Shown piece after piece: positions 8,678 to 16,793 of a DNA stretch of 64,000 nt. Numbering within the stretch: position 1 is the first letter of the stretch; every line of letters begins with the position of its first letter. Both the position numbers and the translations under genes were made by a program. Below the pieces are notes generated by a model, which saw only the letters and a list, made by a program, of their open reading frames with translations, made no database searches and had not been told where the DNA came from. The stretch is from Burkholderiales bacterium. GTDB taxonomy: Bacteria; Pseudomonadota; Gammaproteobacteria; Burkholderiales; SG8-41. The stretch covers positions 113,719-177,718 of the forward strand of contig JAHCAI010000005.1 of NCBI GenBank assembly GCA_019634975.1. Reading direction: 5' to 3'.

Positions 8678-10818
8678 GAATCCACCAACGGATGTTCCCT
8701 TTCCTGCGCTGGCTGCCGCTGCGCCGCGATTCGCTGCGCGCGGACATCGTCGCCGGGGCGACGGTGGCCATGGTGCTGATCCCGCAGTCCATGGCCTATG
8801 CCCAGCTCGCCGGCCTGCCCGCCTACTACGGCCTTTATGCGGCCTTCCTGCCGGTGATCATCGGCGCGATGTGGGGTTCCTCCCACCAGCTGGCCACCGG
8901 TCCGGTGGCGATGGTGTCACTGCTGACGGGCTCGGCGCTGGCGCAGTTTGCCGCGCCCGGCACCGAACAGTTCATTGCATTGGCGATCCTGCTCGCGCTG
9001 ATGGTGGGCGTCATGGAACTGGCAATGGGCCTGTTCCGGCTGGGTGCAATAGTCAATTTTCTGTCCCATCCGGTCATAGTCGGCTTCACCAACGCTGCGG
9101 CAATCATCATTGCATTGTCCCAGTTCAACAAGCTGCTCGGCGTTCACAGCGCGCGCTCCGACCGCTTCCTCGCCGATGTCTGGGACGTGCTGCTGCGTAT
9201 CGGCGACACCCACCTGCCGACGCTGGCAATGGGGCTGCTTGCACTGGCCGTGATGTTGCTGGTGCGGCGCTACCGGCCGAAATGGCCCGGCGTGCTGATC
9301 GCTGTCGCCCTGACCACGGCATTGAGCTGGGCGATCGACTTTGAGCGCAATGCCGATGCGGGGCCGGCCGACTTCCGCGATCCCCAGGTACGCAACGTGA
9401 TCGACTCGCTGATCGCGCTGTCCGCACGCAGTGCGGTGCTACGCCAGGAGACTGCCGCGAAGACCGGGGAAATCGATGACCTGACAATCAGCGAAGGCAA
9501 CAGCCACCCGCGACTGATCATGCTCAATGCCGATCTCGAATTCCTGAGACTCGAGCTTCGCGCGGTGGAAGCAGAGCAGAGGGTGCGCTTTGCAGAACTG
9601 AGGCGTCTGCGGTTCAGCCGTGTCACGAATGAAGCGGGCGAGGTCGCCTACTACCTGACGAGGACAGTGCAGCCGGGCATGACCACCGACGACCGGCGCT
9701 GGACAGTCACCGCACTCGACGGCAGCCGCATCCGCATCAAGGGCGGCGGCGAGGTTGTCGGCAGCATACCGGCGGGCATTCCCAGTCCGGTCCTTCCGAA
9801 GTTCGACTGGGATACCCTGATCAAGCTGCTGCCGACCGCGCTGATCATCGCACTGGTCGGCTTCATGGAGGCGATCTCCATTGCCAAGTCAATGGCAACA
9901 CGCACGAAGCAGCGCATCGATCCGAACCAGGAACTCGTCGGCCAGGGCCTCGCGAACGTGGTTGGCAGCATTTTCCAGGCATTCCCCGTCAGCGGGTCCT
10001 TTTCGAGATCCGCGGTCAATCTTGCGGCAGGGGCGGCCAGCGGAATGTCCTCGGTGGTCGCCGGGGCGATCGTCCTGGTGACGCTGCTGCTGTTCACGCC
10101 GCTGCTCTACCATCTGCCGCAGGCGGCACTGGCCGCCATCATCATGCTGGCGGTGTTCAACCTCGTGAACTTTCCGGCGCTGCTGCATGCATGGAAGGCC
10201 CACCGCCACGATGGCGTTGCCGCCGTGGTCACCTTCATCGCCACGCTGAGCTTCGCCCCCCATCTCGATACCGGCATCCTGGTCGGCGCGGCGCTGGCCA
10301 TCGTGCTCTACCTTTACCGCACGATGCGCCCGCGGGTCGCCGTGCTGGGCCGCCATCCCGACGGCACCCTGCGCGATGCGCAGCTGTTCGGCCTGCCTAC
10401 CAGCGAACGCCTGATCGCGATCCGTTTTGACGGCTCGCTGTTCTTTGCGAACGTGCCCTATTTCGAGGACGTCATCCTCGATCAGGCCGCGAAGCATCCT
10501 CAGGCACGTTACATCCTGATCGTGGGCGATGCCATCAATGAGCTCGATGCTTCGGGCGAGGAAATGATCCGGCACCTCGCCAGGCGATTGCAGGAAAACA
10601 ATGTCACGATGGTATTCAGCGGACTGAAGCGGCAGGTGCTCGGCATCATGGAGAAAACCGGGCTCTATGCGAGCATCGGCGCACAGAACTTCTTCCGCAC
10701 CGAGGACATGGCGCTGGAAGCCATCTCCCAGTGGCTGAACGATCCCGCGTTTGACGAGAAGTTTTTTCCTTTGCGCGCGGCAGCCCCGGAGACCGCAGAC
10801 CGGGATCCCGGAAAATAG
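8674..10818 (+). CDS. SulP family anion permease with STAS domain and an internal insertion of about 145 aa
   Basis: MRIHQRMFPFLRWLP...IPQSMAYAQLAGLPAYYGLY, with STAS (FDGSLFFANVPYFED). The ATG at 8674 overlaps the stop of the upstream SulP (ATGA). The ORF-track start at 8581 lies inside the previous gene. Confidence 0.9.
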   Translation: MRIHQRMFPFLRWLPLRRDSLRADIVAGATVAMVLIPQSMAYAQLAGLPAYYGLYAAFLPVIIGAMWGSSHQLATGPVAMVSLLTGSALAQFAAPGTEQFIALAILLALMVGVMELAMGLFRLGAIVNFLSHPVIVGFTNAAAIIIALSQFNKLLGVHSARSDRFLADVWDVLLRIGDTHLPTLAMGLLALAVMLLVRRYRPKWPGVLIAVALTTALSWAIDFERNADAGPADFRDPQVRNVIDSLIALSARSAVLRQETAAKTGEIDDLTISEGNSHPRLIMLNADLEFLRLELRAVEAEQRVRFAELRRLRFSRVTNEAGEVAYYLTRTVQPGMTTDDRRWTVTALDGSRIRIKGGGEVVGSIPAGIPSPVLPKFDWDTLIKLLPTALIIALVGFMEAISIAKSMATRTKQRIDPNQELVGQGLANVVGSIFQAFPVSGSFSRSAVNLAAGAASGMSSVVAGAIVLVTLLLFTPLLYHLPQAALAAIIMLAVFNLVNFPALLHAWKAHRHDGVAAVVTFIATLSFAPHLDTGILVGAALAIVLYLYRTMRPRVAVLGRHPDGTLRDAQLFGLPTSERLIAIRFDGSLFFANVPYFEDVILDQAAKHPQARYILIVGDAINELDASGEEMIRHLARRLQENNVTMVFSGLKRQVLGIMEKTGLYASIGAQNFFRTEDMALEAISQWLNDPAFDEKFFPLRAAAPETADRDPGK

Positions 10819-10882
10819 CTCGGGCACGCGCGACCGCATCGGGCGCCTATAATGGGCGCCCACTGCAACCCGGGCGACTCCC

Positions 10883-11437
10883 ATGGCTAACCGGCTTTCG
10901 AAAATCGTGACACGCACCGGAGATGACGGCACCACCGGCCTGTCCTCCGGCGAGCGCATCGGCAAGAACCGCAGCCGCGTGGCTGCAATGGGCGATGTAG
11001 ACGAGCTGAACAGCGCGATCGGCGTGCTGCTTTGCGAGCCGCTGACGCAGGCCGTGCGTGAGGCGCTGACCGGAATCCAGCACGACCTCTTCGATCTGGG
11101 CGGCGAACTGAGCCTCCCCGGCCATACGCTGGTCGGCGAAACCCAGGTCCTGCGGCTGGACAGACTGATCGAGCACTTCAACAGCGGCCTCCCACCCCTG
11201 CGCGAGTTCGTGCTGCCGGGCGGCACGCGTGCCGCGGCGCTGGCGCACGTCGCGCGCACGGTGTGCCGGCGCGCCGAACGCACGCTGGCGGCATTGGGCG
11301 CTGAGGAGAGCCTGCAGCCCCAGCTGCTGCAATACCTCAATCGCCTCTCCGACCTGCTGTTCGTGCTTGCACGAGCCTGCAACCGCGAGGGCGGCAACGG
11401 CGATGTGCTGTGGCAGCAGGGCCGCAACCGCGGCTGA
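10883..11437 (+). CDS. ATP:cob(I)alamin adenosyltransferase, PduO type
   Basis: 184 aa. The KIVTRTGDDGTTGL N-terminus and the DELNSAIGV and FVLPGG motifs are typical of PduO/MMAB-type adenosyltransferases. Confidence 0.9.
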   Translation: MANRLSKIVTRTGDDGTTGLSSGERIGKNRSRVAAMGDVDELNSAIGVLLCEPLTQAVREALTGIQHDLFDLGGELSLPGHTLVGETQVLRLDRLIEHFNSGLPPLREFVLPGGTRAAALAHVARTVCRRAERTLAALGAEESLQPQLLQYLNRLSDLLFVLARACNREGGNGDVLWQQGRNRG

Positions 11438-11449
11438 ATCACGTTCCGC

Positions 11450-12364
11450 TCAACGCCGCGCGGCGCGCACCGAGTCGAGATGGGCGCAAACCTGCCGCGC
11501 ACCGTCAAGCAGGCGCGGCGCAGGCCGCTGGATCAGATCGGGCTCGATGTAACGCACCGGCAGCGAGGACAGCGGCGGCGGGCGAGCCGCCCACCGCGCC
11601 GCCTGTGCCAACGGCGTCTCCGCCGAGCTTCCGCCGAGCACCACATGCGGGCGGGCGGCAAGCAGGGCCTCAATTGAAACCTCCGGCGTCAGCGGCTGCA
11701 GACCGCCGAACACATTGATCCCGCCGCAGAGGGCGATGATTTCGCTGATCACGTGTCCGTCGCTGACGGTCATCAGTGGCGAGGGCCATATCTCGTAGAA
11801 CACGCGCAGCGGCCTGCCCTGCCGCTTTGCCGCACGCAGTTCTCCCAGGCCGCGTTCAAACGCCGCCGCAGCCTGCGCTCCGGCCGCCGGGGTTCCCGCA
11901 AGGGCGGCCACGGCAAGAATGACGCCACCGATGTCCTGCAAACGCCTGGCGTCCGACACGAATACCGCCAGGCCTGCACGCTCGATCCTTGCCACTGTCT
12001 CCGGGGGCGTGCCGCTGCGCCATGCGAGCACCAGGTCTGTCTTCAGCGACAGCAGGCGCTCGACGTCGACATGCAGTGCATCACCCACCACGGGCAGCGC
12101 CTTAGCCTCCGGAGGGTAATTGCTGAACCGCGCCACGCCGGCCAGCCGGTCGCCGGCGCCGGCGGCAAAAACGATTTCCGTGAGATGCGGAGTCAGGGTG
12201 ACGATGCGCTGTGCCGGTCGCTGCAACCGGATGACCACGCCGCGATCGTCCTTCACCGTGAGCGCTGCGCCTTGCGGGGACACCAGCAGGCCGGCCATGG
12301 CCAGTATCACGCAGGACATCCGCCACGGCCGGCGCAGGAAAGCGGCAACGCCGGGACTTCGCAC
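11450..12364 (-). CDS. periplasmic cobalamin-binding protein (BtuF-like ABC substrate-binding protein)
   Basis: 304 aa with a signal sequence. PQRIVTLTPHLTEIVFAAGAGDRLAGV...SNYPPEA resembles the BtuF family. It is convergent with the adenosyltransferase gene. Confidence 0.75.
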   Translation of the reverse strand: MRSPGVAAFLRRPWRMSCVILAMAGLLVSPQGAALTVKDDRGVVIRLQRPAQRIVTLTPHLTEIVFAAGAGDRLAGVARFSNYPPEAKALPVVGDALHVDVERLLSLKTDLVLAWRSGTPPETVARIERAGLAVFVSDARRLQDIGGVILAVAALAGTPAAGAQAAAAFERGLGELRAAKRQGRPLRVFYEIWPSPLMTVSDGHVISEIIALCGGINVFGGLQPLTPEVSIEALLAARPHVVLGGSSAETPLAQAARWAARPPPLSSLPVRYIEPDLIQRPAPRLLDGARQVCAHLDSVRAARR

Positions 12365-12372
12365 CGAGGTGT

Positions 12373-12939
12373 TTACTGGCGAGCCTCTTCCATCACCCGC
12401 AGCAGGCGGGCGCTGGTCTGGCGCAGCCGCAGGGACAGCATGGTGACCATTTTCACCAGTATTTTCGAACCGAGCCCCGGATGGTCAAGGATGATTTTTG
12501 CCATGTTGTCGCGTGTCAGCACGGCAAAGGTCGTGGGCTGCGAAGCCATGCAGGTCGCAAACCGCGGCTCGCCGTCGATCATCGACATCTCGCCGAGCGT
12601 CATGCCCGGTCCGGCGCTGGTCATGTGCTGCTGCTCGGCGCGATGGCCCCTCTTCAGGATGTCGACCTCGCCGTCGACGATCAGCACCATGAAGTCACCC
12701 TCATCGCCCTCGCGGATGAGGATCTGGCCAGGCTGGGCGCGATAGACATCCATGTAGCCGGCCAGGATGGATATGTCATCCTTGGAAAACTCGGCGAAAA
12801 ACTGCGATTTGCCGACGAGCCCGAAAATCTCCTCGGCGATGACCGAGCCCGCCCCCACCCTCTCCAGTTTGGCGAGGTTGCCCTGGTCGGCCAGTGTTCC
12901 GGGATCATCTTGGGCCATGGCGGAGTCAGCTGTAGTCAA
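12373..12939 (-). CDS. stand-alone cyclic-nucleotide-binding (CAP effector) domain protein
   Basis: 188 aa. FFAEFSKDDISILAGYM...GQILIREGDEGDFMVLIVDGEVDI...GEMSMIDGEPRFATCMA is a cNMP-binding fold. No DNA-binding or enzymatic domain is attached. Confidence 0.85.
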   Translation of the reverse strand: MTTADSAMAQDDPGTLADQGNLAKLERVGAGSVIAEEIFGLVGKSQFFAEFSKDDISILAGYMDVYRAQPGQILIREGDEGDFMVLIVDGEVDILKRGHRAEQQHMTSAGPGMTLGEMSMIDGEPRFATCMASQPTTFAVLTRDNMAKIILDHPGLGSKILVKMVTMLSLRLRQTSARLLRVMEEARQ

Positions 12940-12970
12940 GCTGCCTGTGGTTATGTCCCGGACATCGGGG

Positions 12971-14044
12971 TCAGTCCGAGGCGATCGCCTTGAGGCGGCG
13001 CTTGCGCACCCCGTCGGCCAGTGTTTCGAGCAGGGTCCTGCTTTCTTCCCAGCCGATGCAGCCGTCAGTGATGCTGACGCCGTAGGTCAGCGGCTTGCCA
13101 GGCACCAGATCCTGGCGTCCGGCTTTGAGGTGGCTTTCCACCATGACACCGAATATACGGTCGTCACCGGCCGCGATCTGCCGCGCGACATCCTGCCCGA
13201 CATCGACCTGCTTCTCCGGTTTCTTGCTGCTGTTGCTGTGGCTGAAATCGATCATGATGCGCGCCGGAATGCCCGCTTCCGCGAGTCCGCGGCCTGCGGC
13301 ATCCACGCTCGCCGCGTCGTAATTTGGCGCCTTGCCGCCGCGCAGGATCACGTGGCAGTCCTCGTTTCCGGTAGTGGACACGATCGCCGAGTGTCCGGCC
13401 TTGGTTACCGACAGGAAATGATGCGGCGCCTGCGCAGCGCGTATCGCATCAATCGCAATCTTGATGTTGCCGTCGGTGCCGTTCTTGAATCCGACCGGGC
13501 AGGAAAGCCCGGAAGCCAGCTCGCGGTGAATCTGCGACTCTGTCGTGCGTGCGCCGATGGCGCCCCAGGACACCAGGTCGGCGATGTACTGCGGGGTGAT
13601 CATGTCGAGGAATTCACAACCCACCGGCATGCCGCTTTCGTTCAGCTCCAGCAACAGCTCGCGGGCGATCTTCAGGCCTTCGTTGATGCGGAAGCTGCCG
13701 TCGAGGTTGGGATCATTGATCAGCCCCTTCCAGCCGACCGTGGTGCGCGGCTTCTCGAAATACACGCGCATCACCACCAGCAGGTCCGCAGCCAGCTTCT
13801 TCTTCGCCTCGAGCAGCTTGCCGGCATACTCCTTGGCTGCTTTCACATCGTGCACGGAGCAGGGCCCCATGACCACCAGCAGGCGGTCATCGGCGCCATG
13901 GAGTATGCGGTGAATGTCCTGGCGCGCCTCGTAGGTGGTGTCCGCCGCCTTTTCGCTGGGCGGAAACTCCCGCAGCAGGTGCGTCGGGGGCGTCAGTTCC
14001 TTGATTTCCTTGATCCTGAGGTCGTCGGTGCGGTGAAGCATCAA
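12971..14044 (-). CDS. aroG: 3-deoxy-7-phosphoheptulonate (DAHP) synthase, class I
   Basis: 357 aa. Motifs: DDLRIKEIKELTPP, LLVVMGPCSVHD, KPRTTVGWKGLINDP, IMIDFSHSNS. Confidence 0.93.
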   Translation of the reverse strand: MMLHRTDDLRIKEIKELTPPTHLLREFPPSEKAADTTYEARQDIHRILHGADDRLLVVMGPCSVHDVKAAKEYAGKLLEAKKKLAADLLVVMRVYFEKPRTTVGWKGLINDPNLDGSFRINEGLKIARELLLELNESGMPVGCEFLDMITPQYIADLVSWGAIGARTTESQIHRELASGLSCPVGFKNGTDGNIKIAIDAIRAAQAPHHFLSVTKAGHSAIVSTTGNEDCHVILRGGKAPNYDAASVDAAGRGLAEAGIPARIMIDFSHSNSSKKPEKQVDVGQDVARQIAAGDDRIFGVMVESHLKAGRQDLVPGKPLTYGVSITDGCIGWEESRTLLETLADGVRKRRLKAIASD

Positions 14045-14096
14045 AATCTCAACTTTCCATTAAATTCAAAGCATTATAAACGATTCCTGAGCGGCC

Positions 14097-15539
14097 TTAC
14101 ACGGTGCCGCCGACGGTCAGTCCGTCAATGCGCAGGGTCGGCTGGCCGACCCCCACCGGCACGCTCTGGCCTTCCTTGCCGCAGGTGCCCACCCCGGAAT
14201 CGAGACGCATGTCGTTGCCGATCATGCTGACCCGCGTCAGCGCGTCCGGGCCGTTGCCGATCAGCGTTGCGCCCTTCACCGGATAGGCGAGCCTGCCGTT
14301 CTCGATCATCCACGCCTCGGAGGCCGAGAACACGAACTTTCCGCTGGTGATGTCGACCTGCCCGCCGCCGAAGTTGACCGCGTAGAGCCCATGGTCGACC
14401 GAAGCGATGATCTCCTGCGGATCACGGCCGCCGTTGAGCATGTAGGTATTGGTCATGCGCGGCATCGGCACGTGCGCGTAGGATTCACGCCGGCCGTTGC
14501 CGGTGGGAGCGACGCCCATCAGCCGCGCATTCATCGCATCCTGCAGGTAACCGCGAAGCACGCCGTCCTCGATCAGCACGTTGTGCCGCGTCGGATTGCC
14601 CTCGTCATCGACATTGAGGGAACCGCGCCGCCGCGCCAGGGTACCGTCGTCGACAACCGTGACACCGGGCGCGGCGACGCGCTCGCCTATGCGTCCGCTG
14701 AAAGCCGATGTGCCCTTGCGGTTGAAATCCCCCTCGAGCCCGTGGCCCACCGCCTCGTGCAGCAGCACTCCCGGCCAACCCGGTCCCAGCACCACGGTCA
14801 TCATGCCCGCCGGCGCCGGCCGCGCCTCGAGGTTGACCAGTGCCTGCTGCACCGCTTTCTGCGCATACTCGCGCAGAACCTCCTCGGTGAAATAAGCGTA
14901 ATCGAAACGGCCACCGCCGCCCGCACTGCCCTGCTCGCGGCGGCCATCGGCTTCGACTATGACCTGCAACGACAGCCTCACCAGCGGCCGCACGTCGGCA
15001 GCCTGCATGCCATCGCTGCGCGCGACCATAACCACCTCGTATTCACCGGCAAGCGACGCCATGACCTGGGTCACCCTGGAGTCAATTCCGCGGGCGATGC
15101 GCTCCAGGCGCTCGAGCAGCACCACCTTTTCCGGCGCATCAAGGCTTGCCAGCGGATCCCGGGGCGCATACAGCGCCAGAGCGTCTCCGCGCCGCGCTAT
15201 TGCCGCGCTGCCATCACCGCCCTGCCGGGCAATCGCCCGCGTCGCCTGGGCAGCCGATTGCAGGGCACTGAAACTGATATCGTCGGAATAAGCGAAAGCC
15301 GTGCGGTCGCCGCTGACCGCGCGTACCCCGACACCCTGGTCGATGTTGAAACTGCCGGATTTGACAATGCCCTCCTCAAGGCTCCAGGACTCGCTGCGCG
15401 AATACTGGAAATACAGGTCGGCATAGTCGACGCGGTGCGCGAGCATCTCGCCGAACACCGCCTGCAGACGCCCCTCATCCAGGGCATGCGGCGCCAGCAG
15501 CAGGGCGCTGGCGGTTTCGAACACGTTGGCAGCTTGCAT
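14097..15539 (-). CDS. tldD: metalloprotease TldD
   Basis: 480 aa. It has [16 protein letters not shown] (HExxxH) and the conserved C-terminus [13 protein letters not shown]. Confidence 0.95.
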   Translation of the reverse strand: MQAANVFETASALLLAPHALDEGRLQAVFGEMLAHRVDYADLYFQYSRSESWSLEEGIVKSGSFNIDQGVGVRAVSGDRTAFAYSDDISFSALQSAAQATRAIARQGGDGSAAIARRGDALALYAPRDPLASLDAPEKVVLLERLERIARGIDSRVTQVMASLAGEYEVVMVARSDGMQAADVRPLVRLSLQVIVEADGRREQGSAGGGGRFDYAYFTEEVLREYAQKAVQQALVNLEARPAPAGMMTVVLGPGWPGVLLHEAVGHGLEGDFNRKGTSAFSGRIGERVAAPGVTVVDDGTLARRRGSLNVDDEGNPTRHNVLIEDGVLRGYLQDAMNARLMGVAPTGNGRRESYAHVPMPRMTNTYMLNGGRDPQEIIASVDHGLYAVNFGGGQVDITSGKFVFSASEAWMIENGRLAYPVKGATLIGNGPDALTRVSMIGNDMRLDSGVGTCGKEGQSVPVGVGQPTLRIDGLTVGGTV

Positions 15540-15554
15540 GTCGCGAGAAACTCC

Positions 15555-15590
15555 TTAAAAAAACCAATAAAATCAATAGCTTATAAAATT
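15555..15590. repeat. AT-rich intergenic element with IHF-consensus core
   Basis: Sequence ttaaaaaaaccaataaaatcaatagcttataaaatt. The core aatcaatagctta (15571-15583) fits WATCAANNNNTTR. It lies between the nit stop and the tldD start. Confidence 0.45.
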
Positions 15591-16465
15591 CAGCGCAAGG
15601 TGCGGTGCTGTAGCGCCGGCAGACTCTGGCGCAGACGCTGTATATGGGTCCGGTTCATCCCGGCGACAACCACCCCGGAACCGCGCGGCAGGCGATCGAG
15701 AACCACTCCCCAGGGATCGACGATCATCGAATCGCCATGTGTTTCCCGACCGTTGACATGATACCCCCCCTGCGCCGGCGCCAGCACGTAAGCGAGGTTC
15801 TCGATGGCGCGCGCTCGGATCAGCGTCTCCCAGTGTGCCTTGCCGGTCGTCTCGGTGAAGGCGGACGGAACCAGGATCAGGTCGACCTCGCCCATCGCAC
15901 GGTAGAGTTCGGGAAAGCGCAGGTCGTAGCAGATCGACAGGCCGATGCGGCCGAAGGGCGAGTCGAAGGCCACGACCTTTTTGCCGTGCTCGATGGTGCG
16001 TTCCTCCGAATATTTCTCCTGGCCCATCTCGAAGCCGAAGAGGTGGATCTTGTCGTAACGGGCCACGCAGTTCCCCCGCTCGTCATAGACCAGGCTGGTG
16101 TTCAGCACCTTGTCCCTTGAAGAGGCCACCAGGGGCACGGAACCGCCGACGATCCAGATGCCAAGCGCACGCGCAGTGGCTGACAGGAAGTCCTGGATCT
16201 GCCCGCTGCCGAATTCCTCGCGCACAGCAACCTTGTCGGTATCCTTGATGCCCATGATGCCGAAGTACTCGGGCAGCGCGACCAGGCGCGCACCCAGTTC
16301 CGCAGCCATTTCGATCAGCCGCGCGGCCTCCTTCAGGTTGGCGTCCACGCGCGGACCGGAAGCCATTTGCACCGCGGCAATCCGGATGACACCGGCCTCC
16401 CCGCGGTCGGCCTGCCGTGCCGCACCTCTCTTCTGCAACCTCGTCGACCTCAGTCTCGTCCCCAT
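15590..16465 (-). CDS. carbon-nitrogen hydrolase (nitrilase superfamily, Nit-like)
   Basis: 291 aa. IRIAAVQM, LVALPEYF (catalytic Glu), HKIHLF (Lys) and GLSICYDLRFPE (Cys) form the E-K-C triad. Confidence 0.9.
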   Translation of the reverse strand: MGTRLRSTRLQKRGAARQADRGEAGVIRIAAVQMASGPRVDANLKEAARLIEMAAELGARLVALPEYFGIMGIKDTDKVAVREEFGSGQIQDFLSATARALGIWIVGGSVPLVASSRDKVLNTSLVYDERGNCVARYDKIHLFGFEMGQEKYSEERTIEHGKKVVAFDSPFGRIGLSICYDLRFPELYRAMGEVDLILVPSAFTETTGKAHWETLIRARAIENLAYVLAPAQGGYHVNGRETHGDSMIVDPWGVVLDRLPRGSGVVVAGMNRTHIQRLRQSLPALQHRTLR

Positions 16466-16475
16466 CGTTGTCCGC

Positions 16476-16793
16476 TCACTCGATGACTATCCTCAATGAC
16501 CTTGCAGCGGGGTCTGCACGCAGAAACAGCCTGGTGCCGTCGATGGCCAGCGCCACCAGCCAGGCCCTCAGCTCGGCAGCCTGCAGCTGCGCCTCCTGCC
16601 CGCCGCCATGAATAATGACCAGGCGCGCCGCCGGACGGGCATGGTATTCCGCCACTGCGTGACGAACCGCGTCCTGCGCCAGCATCGCGGAAGCCGAGCG
16701 CGGCCGGTCCCAGAATTCCGGCGCCAGCTCGGCTGCCGCAAGTGCCGGCGCGCAGCAGAGCACGCAGGCCGCCAGACGGGAGAACAGCCTCAT
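16476..16793 (-). CDS. hypothetical small secreted protein, translationally coupled to yhdP
   Basis: 105 aa with the signal peptide MRLFSRLAACVLCCAPALAAAE. The ATG overlaps the yhdP stop (ATGA). I recognise no family. Confidence 0.5.
   Translation of the reverse strand: MRLFSRLAACVLCCAPALAAAELAPEFWDRPRSASAMLAQDAVRHAVAEYHARPAARLVIIHGGGQEAQLQAAELRAWLVALAIDGTRLFLRADPAARSLRIVIE

Noticed and set aside
10841-10861. Hairpin gggcgcc-tataatg-ggcgccc after the second SulP gene, considered as a terminator.
   Set aside because: The stem is 7 bp and there is no downstream T-run. The loop is a TATAAT hexamer 22 nt before the adenosyltransferase ATG, so its role is ambiguous and I did not call it.
11438-12972. 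Looked for a cobalamin riboswitch upstream of the BtuF-like gene or the adenosyltransferase gene.
   Set aside because: The spacer upstream of the BtuF-like gene is 8 nt, and the one before the adenosyltransferase gene is 64 nt. Neither has room for a B12 element of about 200 nt, and I saw no B12-box-like sequence.
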